Positions 18,473 to 28,418 of a stretch of DNA of 64,000 nucleotides are shown piece after piece. The notes under the pieces were generated by a model that saw nothing but the letters and a program-made list of their open reading frames with translations, searched no databases and was not told where the DNA came from. Origin of the DNA: Oligoflexales bacterium (GTDB lineage: Bacteria; Bdellovibrionota_B; Oligoflexia; Oligoflexales; Bog-1112). Made by a program: the position numbers and the translations under genes. The DNA is taken from NCBI GenBank assembly GCA_045105515.1, contig JBGCDR010000074.1:409-64408 (forward strand), written 5' to 3'. Within the stretch, counting starts at the first letter, position 1. Every line of letters begins with the position of its first letter.

Positions 18473-21367
18473 ATGTGGGTAACTAAACAAACAGTTATTA
18501 GCCGTTCAGAACCAGAGCTTGGACTTGGTGCTATCACTCGTGTTGATCAAGAAGAAGGTATTCTTGAAGCCCTTTTCATTCAATCTGGTGAATCTCGACG
18601 CTACTCTGCAGTCACAGCTCCAATCCAGAGGTTTAGCCTGCAAGTTGGTGAAGAGTTCAAACTTCCGGAAGGTCAAACTCTCAAGGTCGAAGCTGTAAAA
18701 ACAATTGGAAATTATTTCCAATATTCAAGCGGAAATTGTACTTATTGGGAGTATGATATTGAGGCCTGCCCAACTGATCATGCTGGTGTGATGGAAACGC
18801 TCTTGGGTGGCGAATGGAGTCACTATAAGACGTATGATCTTAGAAAGGAGGCGTGGGAACTCAGAGGAAAAGCAGGAAGCCAAATAGTAAGAGGTTTGGT
18901 AGGAGCGAGAGTTAGCCCACTAGCTCATCAACTTTATATTGCCCATCAGGTATCCCGACGACCTTTTCCGCGAGTACTACTTGCTGACGAAGTTGGACTA
19001 GGAAAAACGATCGAAGCAGGGCTCATTTATTCTGCGATGAAAGCACTTGGAAGAGCTGAACGAGTACTAATAGTGACTCCGGAATCATTGACCCATCAAT
19101 GGATGGCAGAAATTTTCCGTCGTTTCGGAGATATGTTTTCCGTTCTAAATGCCAAAAGATGTGACGAAGAACAAGCTTCTCAAGGTTTGTCACCTTTCCA
19201 GCTTAACCAACGTGCCCTCGTATCCATGGACTTCTTAATAAATAATCCTGATCGACTTTCTGAAGCATGCAATTCCACATGGGACCTAATTATTATTGAC
19301 GAAGCCCACCACCTAGATTGGGACGAAGAAGAACCAAATGCAAACTGGCTTGTGGCAAAAAATCTCAGCAAAGCAGCTCGAGCTTTGTTATTACTGACAG
19401 CAACACCGAGACAACATGGGCTTACTACCCAGTTTGGCCTACTAAATTTAGTTGACCCCGATCGTTATTCAGACTTTGATGAGTTTTTAGATGAATCTGA
19501 TAATATGCGTGAAACTGCCGAAATAGCAAAATCATTAGTTAAAGAACAATGGTCTGATAACCTTTACGAAAAATTGAATCAGGTATTCTCTCAAGACTTG
19601 GAATTTTTAAAGAATCTAGATAAACAACATCAAAGCAATAATATAGATTTCGAATCTTTAGTCCAAAACCTAGTTGATCGTCATGGTACAGGAAGGGTTT
19701 TGTTTAGAAATAGACGTGAACGTTTAAAAGGCTTTCCTAAGCGGGTTCTGAATTCAATTGAGCTTGTACCTAGCAAATCATATGAACTGCACCTTAGTCA
19801 ACAAAACCCTGATGAAGTATCTGACCTTTATTTGATGGACTATGCAACTGGCCGTGGACTTAAGCGTAGTTTCAATGACATACCTTCGGAAAATCCTAGA
19901 TTATTATGGCTAAAGGACTTCATCAATGGACTTGGTGAAGAAAAAGCTTTGGTCATTTGTGCAAATAAAGAAAAAGTTCAAGAGACTCAAAACTATCTTG
20001 ATAACCTTGCAATACAAAAAGGAAAAAGTTCACGCATAGCAGTCTTTCACGAAGAGCTGAGTATCATAGAAAGAGACCGAGAAGCGGCAAATTTTGCCGA
20101 CCCGAAGGGGGCTAAATTACTAATAAGTAGTGAAATTGGAGGGGAAGGGCGCAACTTTCAGTTTGCTAGTAAATTGGTCTTACTTGACCTACCTAGGCTC
20201 CCTGACCTATTGGAGCAACGTATAGGGAGGCTTGATCGAATTGGTCAAAGAAAAGCAGTGGAGATATATGTACCTTGGCTTAGAAACACCCCCGAAGAGG
20301 TATTGTTCAATTGGTACCATCAAGGGTTGAACAGTTTCGAAGTTTCATGGAACGGAGCAGACTCCTTGCTAGAAGTGTTTGTTGAGGACTTATTATTTCT
20401 TTTTCGTGCATACCTACCAACTCACCCCGAACATAAGCAACGTGGGCAATACCTAAGCATCCTCTTGAAACGCACAAAAAAGCAAACCAATCAGCTCAAG
20501 CAAGAAAGAGCCGATAGTATTGATATCCTATTGGACCTAAATTCTTTTGATCCAAAAAAAGGTGAAAAACTACTCGAATTGGTTGAAGATGTAGACGATG
20601 ACCCTCAGCTAGAGTTCTTTATGAGAGCAATGTTTGAGCACTATGGGATCGACTACGAAGAATTTGATGACCGAGGATCCTTGGTAGTCAGAGCTGAATC
20701 ATTAAGCTTTATAGACCGCTTCCCTGGAATTGCCGATGATAAAGATACCCTACTGACTTTCGATCGAGATGTTGCATTGGAGCGAGAAGATATTCTTTTT
20801 CTTAGCTTGGATCACCCTATGGTAGAAAGTTGTTTAAGTCTATTACTTGATAGGGGTGAAGGGGTAAGTAGTATTTGCAAATGGCCAGAGTCACCACTAG
20901 GAACAGGTATGATTATGGAGGTGTCTTTGATTCTAGAAGCAGTAGGAGCGAGACACTTGGAACTCGGTTCGTACCTTCCTCTTGCCGTCAAAGAGTTTTG
21001 CCTCGACCATCAAGGAAAACCAATAAAGCATCAGCAATACAAAAATGAAAGTCACCAAATTTCAGAAATGGGTGAGGAAGAACTTCAATTTGATCGAGCT
21101 CAAATGCGTTCTGCAATTCAACCTCTGCTTGAAAAAATATTAAATCATGCTGAAGGGTGGGCTGATAAACTAAAGGAAGAAGCTATAAAAAATGCAGAAA
21201 CTGGACTGAGTTTAGAGTCTGAGAGGCTTGAGTACTTATCAAAAATTAATCCTAATATCTCAAACCAAGAAATCGATATCTTAAAACAATATAAGCAAGA
21301 AGTAATTAGACATATAAAATCTGCTTCGGTACGACTCGATAGTCTTAGACTAATTTTTACATTCTAA
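18473..21367 (+). CDS. rapA: RNA polymerase-associated Swi2/Snf2 ATPase RapA (HepA)
   Basis: The N-terminus MWVTKQTVISRSEPELGLGAI parallels E. coli RapA (RWISDTESELGLG). Helicase motifs LLADEVGLGKTIEAG, IIDEAHHL and LLLTATP are present, plus a C-terminal helicase domain (SEIGGEGRNFQF, GRLDRIGQ). Confidence 0.9.
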   Translation: MWVTKQTVISRSEPELGLGAITRVDQEEGILEALFIQSGESRRYSAVTAPIQRFSLQVGEEFKLPEGQTLKVEAVKTIGNYFQYSSGNCTYWEYDIEACPTDHAGVMETLLGGEWSHYKTYDLRKEAWELRGKAGSQIVRGLVGARVSPLAHQLYIAHQVSRRPFPRVLLADEVGLGKTIEAGLIYSAMKALGRAERVLIVTPESLTHQWMAEIFRRFGDMFSVLNAKRCDEEQASQGLSPFQLNQRALVSMDFLINNPDRLSEACNSTWDLIIIDEAHHLDWDEEEPNANWLVAKNLSKAARALLLLTATPRQHGLTTQFGLLNLVDPDRYSDFDEFLDESDNMRETAEIAKSLVKEQWSDNLYEKLNQVFSQDLEFLKNLDKQHQSNNIDFESLVQNLVDRHGTGRVLFRNRRERLKGFPKRVLNSIELVPSKSYELHLSQQNPDEVSDLYLMDYATGRGLKRSFNDIPSENPRLLWLKDFINGLGEEKALVICANKEKVQETQNYLDNLAIQKGKSSRIAVFHEELSIIERDREAANFADPKGAKLLISSEIGGEGRNFQFASKLVLLDLPRLPDLLEQRIGRLDRIGQRKAVEIYVPWLRNTPEEVLFNWYHQGLNSFEVSWNGADSLLEVFVEDLLFLFRAYLPTHPEHKQRGQYLSILLKRTKKQTNQLKQERADSIDILLDLNSFDPKKGEKLLELVEDVDDDPQLEFFMRAMFEHYGIDYEEFDDRGSLVVRAESLSFIDRFPGIADDKDTLLTFDRDVALEREDILFLSLDHPMVESCLSLLLDRGEGVSSICKWPESPLGTGMIMEVSLILEAVGARHLELGSYLPLAVKEFCLDHQGKPIKHQQYKNESHQISEMGEEELQFDRAQMRSAIQPLLEKILNHAEGWADKLKEEAIKNAETGLSLESERLEYLSKINPNISNQEIDILKQYKQEVIRHIKSASVRLDSLRLIFTF

Positions 21368-21403
21368 TAATAGTAAAAATAAATTCTTAGCATATTTATA
21401 TAA

Positions 21404-21829
21404 CTAAATTAAACATCTGTTTTCCTGAACAAGATCTTCTGGAGGCCGGAAAAAAAAGACTGGTACCTTTACCCAGAATAAACCTCTTTGCTCTCCTTTC
21501 ATTTGGTATCGACCTCTCATATTCCCATATGGAGTCTGTAGTGGGCAAAAGCTCGCGTACTTAAAGGACTCTTTGGGTAATATGCATGGCTGCTTACCGA
21601 CCACACCTTCCCCTTCCACTCGATCTTCATGCCCGATCCCATTTTTTATAATCCAATACCGACGCAATAGATGAACAGGAGCACTACTCAAATTGGTTAT
21701 GGTAATAGCATATGCATAGAAATAAACCTTATGAGCAGGAAGTGAACGTTCAGGCACGTAAAACGGCTGAATCTCAATACTCATACCGTTATTGGATTCG
21801 TTATATTTTATGAGATTATGCTGCTGCAC
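21404..21829 (-). CDS. apaG: ApaG (DUF525) protein
   Basis: The pattern YAYAITITNLSSAPVHLLRRYWIIKNGIGHEDRVEGEGVVGKQP...GNMRGRYQM matches ApaG. The start is uncertain (GTG 21829 or internal ATG 21784). Confidence 0.8.
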   Translation of the reverse strand: MQQHNLIKYNESNNGMSIEIQPFYVPERSLPAHKVYFYAYAITITNLSSAPVHLLRRYWIIKNGIGHEDRVEGEGVVGKQPCILPKESFKYASFCPLQTPYGNMRGRYQMKGEQRGLFWVKVPVFFFRPPEDLVQENRCLI

Positions 21830-21910
21830 AATAAAATTCCCAACTTTTCCAAAAAGGTATCTTTGACTTTACACTAATCTCTTACATATCTCCCATTATA
21901 CTCAATCCTT

Positions 21911-21938
21911 TCAACGAATTCAGCAGAGAATTCGTTGA
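21911..21938. repeat. Perfect 11-bp inverted repeat (TCAACGAATTC-agcaga-GAATTCGTTGA)
   Basis: Read directly from the sequence. It lies in the 240-bp spacer downstream of the dCMP-deaminase gene and upstream of apaG (both minus strand). No U-tract follows on either strand. Confidence 0.6.
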
Positions 21939-22069
21939 AGTCATAGTTCTGTAAAATAATTTACGATCCTAAGAGCCACTATGACAATAAATTTGTGCTA
22001 CTTTACTGCACCAGAATCAATCAGATGATCTTAAGTTTACTCAAAGAAGGGAAGGCGGACCAATCGTGA

Positions 22070-22510
22070 CTATTGCTCAGTTAGAAGACCAACAAATTCC
22101 ATTTTATTCAATTCTATCCCTACCTCCGCGAACAGTTCCCTTGCAGAAGAATTTCGGTAATCATGTAAGTAGTTTACTCTTTTGACATTACCGAGGTTGA
22201 TCAAACGTTTTGCACAATAAATACAGGGATGATGAGTAACAAAAACAAATTTTTCAACATAACGCGGACTATCGCAATTTATGGCAGCATTTTCCTCGGA
22301 ATGGAGGCATCCACATTGCCCAGGAATCTGGGTATCACATTGATTTGCTAGGCCACTGGCATTCCCGTTATAGCCAACGGCTAAAACTTTTCTAAAGTCT
22401 ATGGTTGTTATGATAGTACCCACTTGCAAACGCTTACAGGTAGATCTTAGCGCCATAGTCATAGCAAGTTTCATATAGATTGTTTCAAAACTTGGGCGCT
22501 CGCATTTCAT
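22070..22510 (-). CDS. dCMP deaminase family zinc deaminase
   Basis: Motifs RPSFETIYMKLAMTMALRSTC, CLHSEENA and THHPCIYCAKRL (H-x-E ... PC-x-x-C) are present. There is a 4-nt overlap with ribD. Confidence 0.8.
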   Translation of the reverse strand: MKCERPSFETIYMKLAMTMALRSTCKRLQVGTIITTIDFRKVLAVGYNGNASGLANQCDTQIPGQCGCLHSEENAAINCDSPRYVEKFVFVTHHPCIYCAKRLINLGNVKRVNYLHDYRNSSARELFAEVGIELNKMEFVGLLTEQ

Positions 22511-23796
22511 AAAACCTCCCCAGGGTACTTTAAGTCCGCCTCAATAAGCCAATCTGAAGTCATTGGTGAAATCCTTTTTCGAACCAACTTTGTGCCCTCA
22601 ATGGGACTCAAACAATCATCCCATCTATGGTAATTTTCTCCTCCCAAAATGGTGCTTGCATGAAAAGCATGCAAGCTCTGCACTAGTTGCTGACTCAAGA
22701 AGCTTGACCAAACATGACGCCCACCTTCGAGTAAAAGACTATGAATACCTAGGTCATAAAGGCTTACCAACAGTGTCTTCAGGTCTAAACCTAGGTGATC
22801 ACATTCGAGTTGGATGAGACTAGCACCAACTTGTTCGAGTTGTTTCTGTATCACTTCAAACTTTTTCTCGTTAAGTCCCTTTTTAACAACCCAATAAACT
22901 CTGTCACTAGAAGTTAAGGAAGTCAGTAAGCGATGCTTTGATAAGCACCTTGAAAGCAGAGCTCTTCCGTTTGGATCCAAAATGACTTTCGCCACCGGAC
23001 TCGGGGAAAAAATCTCAGTATGCCGAACTGAAAGAGACGGATTATCCACGATCACAGTCTCAGCACCAATCAAGATCCCCTCATAAAAATGTCTTAGCCA
23101 GTGGCCATATTGGCGAGACCTTTCTCCGGTAATCCAAAAACGTTCTGTACTATCTTTGCCTACCTTCCCATCAAAAGACATAGCCATCTTTAAAGCAACA
23201 TAAGGCTTTGCATTAATTAAAGACCATGAAAAGTGTTTTATAAGTCTCGCTGACTCTTTGGTAAATCGGGAATCCTGTTCACATACAACTCCAGCTTCTT
23301 TTAAGATTCTTAATCCACGCCCATTTACCTTGATGTTAGGATCCATTTGCCCATATATGAGCTTTTTTATAGGCATGCTGCTGAGCAATTTTGCACAAGA
23401 TGGCGTCTTGCCATGAAAAGAACAAGGTTCCAAAGTACAATATAGGGTTGCTCCAGCTAAATGGGAAATTAACCCATTGTCCTCAATAAACTTAATCAGG
23501 TTAGCTTCAGCATGTGCTTGGCCAAACTGCAAATGAGCACCTAATCCAATGAATTTATGATCTTTATCAACTGCCACAACCCCAACTAATGGGTTGCTTG
23601 CCACACGTCCGGCTCCTTGTAGAGCACTGGAGCAAGCAAGCGTGAAGCATTCTTCAGGCTTAAGCTCTTCTCCCAAAGATGGCGGCCTCTTAGTGCTATT
23701 GATAAACTTTTCATCGTCGCAAACTGGAACCCACTCCACCTCTAACCTCCCACACATATTCGACCCACCATATAATATGAAAAAGTCAAATTTCAC
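22507..23796 (-). CDS. ribD: Bifunctional riboflavin biosynthesis protein RibD (deaminase/reductase)
   Basis: The deaminase motifs are NPLVGVVAV, HAEANLI and TLEPCSFHGKTPSC, followed by a C-terminal RibD reductase domain. The true start is uncertain: ATG 23757 or a TTG about 30 codons further in both have SD-like sequences. Confidence 0.85.
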   Translation of the reverse strand: MKFDFFILYGGSNMCGRLEVEWVPVCDDEKFINSTKRPPSLGEELKPEECFTLACSSALQGAGRVASNPLVGVVAVDKDHKFIGLGAHLQFGQAHAEANLIKFIEDNGLISHLAGATLYCTLEPCSFHGKTPSCAKLLSSMPIKKLIYGQMDPNIKVNGRGLRILKEAGVVCEQDSRFTKESARLIKHFSWSLINAKPYVALKMAMSFDGKVGKDSTERFWITGERSRQYGHWLRHFYEGILIGAETVIVDNPSLSVRHTEIFSPSPVAKVILDPNGRALLSRCLSKHRLLTSLTSSDRVYWVVKKGLNEKKFEVIQKQLEQVGASLIQLECDHLGLDLKTLLVSLYDLGIHSLLLEGGRHVWSSFLSQQLVQSLHAFHASTILGGENYHRWDDCLSPIEGTKLVRKRISPMTSDWLIEADLKYPGEVL

Positions 23797-23863
23797 ACGA
23801 AAAAATTAAATTCAATATGTACAGATCAGACGGGGAGCACTAGCTGGTCAAAAAAAGATGTGT

Positions 23864-25180
23864 TTAGGGTGTCAGAACCAATTTTATAAATGCCTTCTTA
23901 AGCTTCAGTAAGAGCTCATCAGCCTCAGAAAAACTAAGATTAAGAGGAGGAGCTATCCTTACTACATGCCCCCACAAGCCACCTTTTCCTAAAAGGAGCC
24001 CTTCACCTTTGCAGAGCTCAAGAAGCTGTTTGCAAACATCGGTAGCCGGCTCTTTTGATAAGGGATCTTTTACAAGTTCAAAGCCAAGTAAAAGCCCTCT
24101 TCCTCTGACATCGCCAATGATGGGAAACTGCTCTTGCAGATCTAGTAGACCTGCCTTAAGTCGGGCACCAACATTCTCCGCATTTTGCATCAGCTTTTCT
24201 TCTTCGATGATATCTACCACCATTGCAGCCTGCATACTTTGATAAGGATCTCCGCCAAAGGTGCTGAAATGATGCTTGCCATTTAACTCATTTGCAAGAC
24301 TTCGGTCAGCAATAACAGCGCCAATAGGAGCACCACTCCCTAAGCCCTTAGCCATTGTTACGATGTCAGGTACCACGCCACTTTGCTCAATTGCAAAAAA
24401 ACTTTCTCCCGTTCTCCCAACCCCTGTTTGCACTTCATCAGAAATGTAAATCCCACCAAAACTTTTTATAATATCGAATACTTTAGCATGGTATTCACGC
24501 GGCGGATCAATGAAACCCCCAACTCCAAGGATCGGCTCTACAATGATCCCTGCCACCTTGCCACTAGTAACTGTTTCCACAACACTACGTACATCCTTGG
24601 AACATTCTAAATCACAAGTCTTGTTATTAGCTCCAAATGGGCAACGATAACAATATGGTGCTACAGCATGAGCAACACCTCCCCCCCCTTGATGGGGATA
24701 CTTCCAGCTGGCATTACCACATAAACCCAAAGTAGCGTTTGTACCGCCATGATAGGAGTGGCGAAGCGCGATCATCATCTGCTCCCCAGTAGCAACTCGG
24801 GCAGTTAAAACAGCCATTTCATTGGCTTCAGATCCTGAATTAGTGATGTAGCAGCTTCGGGGCAAGCCGGGTGCAAGTTTAGCAAGTTTCTCTGCTAATC
24901 CTTCCATATATAGGGATAAGTATAAGTGGCTAGTGTGCTGGATTTCATCTTCCGCAAGCATAGATAGTATTTTTTGTTTTATTTTAGGGTGATTATGCCC
25001 AACAGAAATGCACACAATCCCCCCGATGGCATCAAGGTATTCCTGTCCATCTTGGTCCCAAACGCGCGTACCTTTGCCTCGAACTAAGCTAAGCGGTCTA
25101 TTATATAGCGCTACTTTTGTTGGATAAACATAGGTCTTTCGTAATTCTTCTAAGTGGCATCGTAAATCTGTATCACGCAT
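23864..25180 (-). CDS. Class-III pyridoxal-phosphate aminotransferase
   Basis: Motifs SGSEANE, ISDEVQTGVGRTG and the PLP-Lys context VTMAKGLGSGAPIG are present. ATG 25180 has GGAGGG 5 nt upstream (the ORF track starts at 25192). Confidence 0.85.
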   Translation of the reverse strand: MRDTDLRCHLEELRKTYVYPTKVALYNRPLSLVRGKGTRVWDQDGQEYLDAIGGIVCISVGHNHPKIKQKILSMLAEDEIQHTSHLYLSLYMEGLAEKLAKLAPGLPRSCYITNSGSEANEMAVLTARVATGEQMMIALRHSYHGGTNATLGLCGNASWKYPHQGGGGVAHAVAPYCYRCPFGANNKTCDLECSKDVRSVVETVTSGKVAGIIVEPILGVGGFIDPPREYHAKVFDIIKSFGGIYISDEVQTGVGRTGESFFAIEQSGVVPDIVTMAKGLGSGAPIGAVIADRSLANELNGKHHFSTFGGDPYQSMQAAMVVDIIEEEKLMQNAENVGARLKAGLLDLQEQFPIIGDVRGRGLLLGFELVKDPLSKEPATDVCKQLLELCKGEGLLLGKGGLWGHVVRIAPPLNLSFSEADELLLKLKKAFIKLVLTP

Positions 25181-25251
25181 GCATCCCTCCATGTATGCGG
25201 TTGCTTTATTCTTTTCATGGCAAGTTCAACACAGGTAAGTCAACAACTAAA

Positions 25252-26229
25252 TCAGAACGAAAGTAGCAATGGGGGTAGAGTAAGCATCGGTTTTACACTT
25301 TGTTTAGGATCAATTTTTTCGAAGTTATAGCTGACTGCTAGGGCAACCACATCCCACCAAGCATGGATAAAGGTCGCTTCACCTATAGTCCAATCATTAT
25401 CTTGGCTAACAACACCAAAGTGAAAGCCTAGCAGCGCTTGGGCTATGGGAATCGGGACCGAGCTAGCATGAGCAAGAGCAAAAATACCAGCAGATGCAAC
25501 ATTCGACCATAACTCACTATTCATAGATTCCATGAATACTGGCATCATCCAACCTCTAAAGAATGCTTCCTCCCAAACACCAGCATTATAAGAGGTTGCT
25601 CCTACGTAAACAGCATCCTCAGAGGTAAACACTGACTTTCTTAGATTGCTTTCAGCGATTGCCTCGTCACTACTTGCTAGAACAAGTGCAGCATAAGCTC
25701 CTATAATTCCCAAAGGAATATATGTTGTAGATCTCTTTAAATATTCAAACCGGAACGGAGCTGTCATGATTTCTGAAACTTTTTCCTCTTTTGTTAGAAA
25801 TAGATACTCTCCATGAACTTGTCTGGACTTAACAGCACTACGAAAACTCTGGTATGCGCTAAGCCCTCCCATTAAATCTCTTGTTTGGGACCCTAAGCGG
25901 ATTTTTCTCACAACTGAATCTTTGCTTTGCAGGTCAGTCAATTTTTCATTAATTTCATCCTCACTATAGCCAGATCTTTGCAATTCATTGGTGTGTTGAA
26001 GCGAATAGCTCAAGGAACCTACGGCAACCCCACTGTAAACGAACCCAGCTCCATAGTCCCCTTCAACCCACTGCCCAAAACCAGGGAACAGGTACGACAA
26101 AAAAGGCACCAACACATCTGACTTGCGCTCCGGATGGTGTTGCAACTTGTCTTTACCCTGTGCCAAACTACTGGACAAAGATAGATAGAATAGTAGAAGA
26201 ATTTTTCCTAGCAATGAACTATTTCTCAT
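25252..26229 (-). CDS. CPBP-family intramembrane glutamic endopeptidase (CAAX/Abi-like)
   Basis: The three CPBP motifs are at the C-terminal end: WEEAFFRGW, IFALAHA and FIHAWWDV. An N-terminal signal sequence is present. Confidence 0.7.
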   Translation of the reverse strand: MRNSSLLGKILLLFYLSLSSSLAQGKDKLQHHPERKSDVLVPFLSYLFPGFGQWVEGDYGAGFVYSGVAVGSLSYSLQHTNELQRSGYSEDEINEKLTDLQSKDSVVRKIRLGSQTRDLMGGLSAYQSFRSAVKSRQVHGEYLFLTKEEKVSEIMTAPFRFEYLKRSTTYIPLGIIGAYAALVLASSDEAIAESNLRKSVFTSEDAVYVGATSYNAGVWEEAFFRGWMMPVFMESMNSELWSNVASAGIFALAHASSVPIPIAQALLGFHFGVVSQDNDWTIGEATFIHAWWDVVALAVSYNFEKIDPKQSVKPMLTLPPLLLSF

Positions 26230-26453
26230 AAGTCAATTCCAACTATTTAAATTTAGTGATTCAGTCACTCATCGGCCATGCCTTGAAATTGATTACCCTA
26301 TACAAGCAAAAAAATGATTAGCTGAGCAGAATAGTTTTAATATGAACTCTAAGAAATTTGTGATTAGGCATAGACATTTCATCAAACATGTTTAGACAGA
26401 ATAGACAATTGAAATAATAAGCTCTTAGAATAATTGGAAAGTGGGGTATAACC

Positions 26454-26490
26454 AAAAAGAGCACCCGCCCATAAGGCTGTGCTCTTTTTG
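26454..26490. terminator. Rho-independent terminator hairpin, bidirectional form (A-run / stem / T-run)
   Basis: The sequence is AAAAAGAGCAC-ccGCCcataaGGCt-GTGCTCTTTTT, a 7-bp GC-containing stem plus a 3-bp inner stem, flanked by A5 and T5. On the minus strand it would end transcripts coming from the LysM gene direction. Confidence 0.6.
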
Positions 26491-26963
26491 TTATCTGCTT
26501 TTTTTCCTTAGAAACAGCAGATGCTATGTCTTGACTAGGAAAATATATTACTTAGGTGAGGAGTTTAAAGTTTCTATTTGGAGCTCCAGCTGAAATTAAA
26601 TTCACAACTAGGAATTTTATATCAGCTCAGACCTCTCATTAACTTCTATCAGTCACCCTAATAGTTCTTCCGCATATGGTTTTACAAACCATCAATTCGA
26701 ATCCACAACTTTAATTTTAGCTTTAAAATTCAAGTCTTTCGAACTCATTTCTCTCACTCTCAAGGGTTTTTCTTTTTTTGTGGTTAAAACAGTTTTCATT
26801 TATTTTTACTCACATATAACCCAGTTCTGTAGATAAATCTTACACATCCCATTCAACTAAATCTGCTGCAAAGCTAAATTCATCATTCCACAATTCTGCT
26901 TTGATCAACTCATGTGCGCTACCTTGCACACTTTCAGTTCCTTGGTTAGCTACAAGCTCTGCT

Positions 26964-27926
26964 TCAAGCGCTGTCATCTTGCACCATGGAATTATTTCCA
27001 AAATTGTCATTTTTAAGAGCTGCTAATGTAGTTTTGGACATCACATATAACTTTGTGCCTGCCTCAATTTTATTTGGATCCATAATTTGGCCATTCTGCC
27101 TCCAAATAGATTTCCATGTTTCCGGATCTCCGTAAGTCTTACTTGCAATAGTTCTTAGTGTTTCTCCTTTTTCAACTGTAATTTCCTCTTTCTCAAGATT
27201 TTCATAATCGCTTGCAAAAGCAACTGCCTCAGATGTGAGTTGGTAATAAACCACATCTCCAGGAAAGATCATACTTGGGTTTTCAATCCCTGAATTGCTA
27301 GCAAGTTCTCTCCACTTACCTGAGCTTCCATAAATCCGATTAGAGATTTTACCAAGGGTATCACCTCTTACAACAATGTAAGCTAGCTTTGAACCTAGTT
27401 CAGGCAAGCCAGGTCCAGCTGCTGTCCCTGCACTCCCAGTTACAACTCCTCCTCCACCTGAGCTTGGAGCGGAGCTGAATCCTCCATCCGAATAAGCCTG
27501 ATTTGATTCAAGGTCGCCTGCCTGATCGAAAGCACCACCAATGTTACCTGTCGCAACATTACCACCACTTTCATCATTTAACTGGTTCATTTCATTGATG
27601 ATGTTAGCTAGATCATTGTCCCCGCCTTCACCATAGTTGCCTTCCTGACCGCCTTCATTTCCCAGAAGATTATTGCCCCCATCAAGACCTTGCAAATCTC
27701 CCTGTTGGACCAACTGACTATTGTCATATTCACCCTCTCCCTGCTCATTTTCCTCTTGATAGTCCTCTTGCCCCTCTTGTTGGTCTATGTCTTCTTGGTC
27801 CTGCTCTCCATACTCTGAGCTTTCAAGACCTTCTTGATCCTGTTGCTGACTAGAGCACGAAACAGCCATCAACCCAAACAAGAGCAGGCTCATGACCCAA
27901 AAGCCACGTAGCCTTCTTAGCCTCAT
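26964..27926 (-). CDS. LysM-domain lipoprotein with long acidic low-complexity region
   Basis: AAGGAGG lies 7 nt upstream. The signal plus Cys is MRLRRLRGFWVMSLLLFGLMAVSC. An approximately 150-aa D/E/Q/G-rich tract follows. Two LysM repeats are present (YIVVRGDTLGKISNRIYG...PGDVVYY and ITVEKGETLRTIASKTYG...AGTKLYV). Confidence 0.8.
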   Translation of the reverse strand: MRLRRLRGFWVMSLLLFGLMAVSCSSQQQDQEGLESSEYGEQDQEDIDQQEGQEDYQEENEQGEGEYDNSQLVQQGDLQGLDGGNNLLGNEGGQEGNYGEGGDNDLANIINEMNQLNDESGGNVATGNIGGAFDQAGDLESNQAYSDGGFSSAPSSGGGGVVTGSAGTAAGPGLPELGSKLAYIVVRGDTLGKISNRIYGSSGKWRELASNSGIENPSMIFPGDVVYYQLTSEAVAFASDYENLEKEEITVEKGETLRTIASKTYGDPETWKSIWRQNGQIMDPNKIEAGTKLYVMSKTTLAALKNDNFGNNSMVQDDSA

Positions 27927-28418
27927 AACGCATCCTCCTTATTAAAAAATGGATAAATTGATCTACAACCCCCCTTCGGAAGGGAGGAAGTTTTCCTTAG
28001 TCTATTAGAATGGTATTTTTGTGCTTTGCAAAGTGATGTATCTTCCTAATATTCATGTATATTTTGAGTATTAGACATTAATTCATAATCAACTTTCACT
28101 AGGACACTGATCACAATGCATAGCCTTATATATTGAATACCCATTCATCAAGGCATGAGTTGGATTGTACACGGATTAAATACGATTAATTACAGGTAGG
28201 TAGAAACAAATGTTCCCAATGGTCACTTATACATGTTATAGCATTTTCACTGTTCAGTTATTCTTTGACTATGCAACAAATACTCTTCATCACTCGTTCA
28301 AAGTTTATGCTTGAACATGCGTTAAAACGCACATCTATAGGTTTTGTATAAACGAATAATCGCATAATCTCTATTTCTCTATACATGCTGAAATAGCTTG
28401 ATTTGAGGAGACTATTTT

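Noticed and set aside
26696-26704. TTCGAATCC (tRNA T-loop-like) and, on the other strand, GGATTCGA (tmRNA 5'-like) in the LysM-CPBP spacer
   Set aside because: There are no complementary T-arm or acceptor-stem sequences, no GGGG 5' end, no CCA-proximal 3' structure and no tag-peptide reading frame. I could not build a cloverleaf.
27972-27990. TTCGGAAGGGAGGAAG, resembling the SRP (4.5S) RNA domain IV motif TCCGGAAGGAAGCAGC
   Set aside because: Only a 5-bp hairpin with a 3-nt loop can be drawn and there is no extended SRP helix with symmetric or asymmetric loops. It lies in the 5' leader of the LysM gene, next to its SD.
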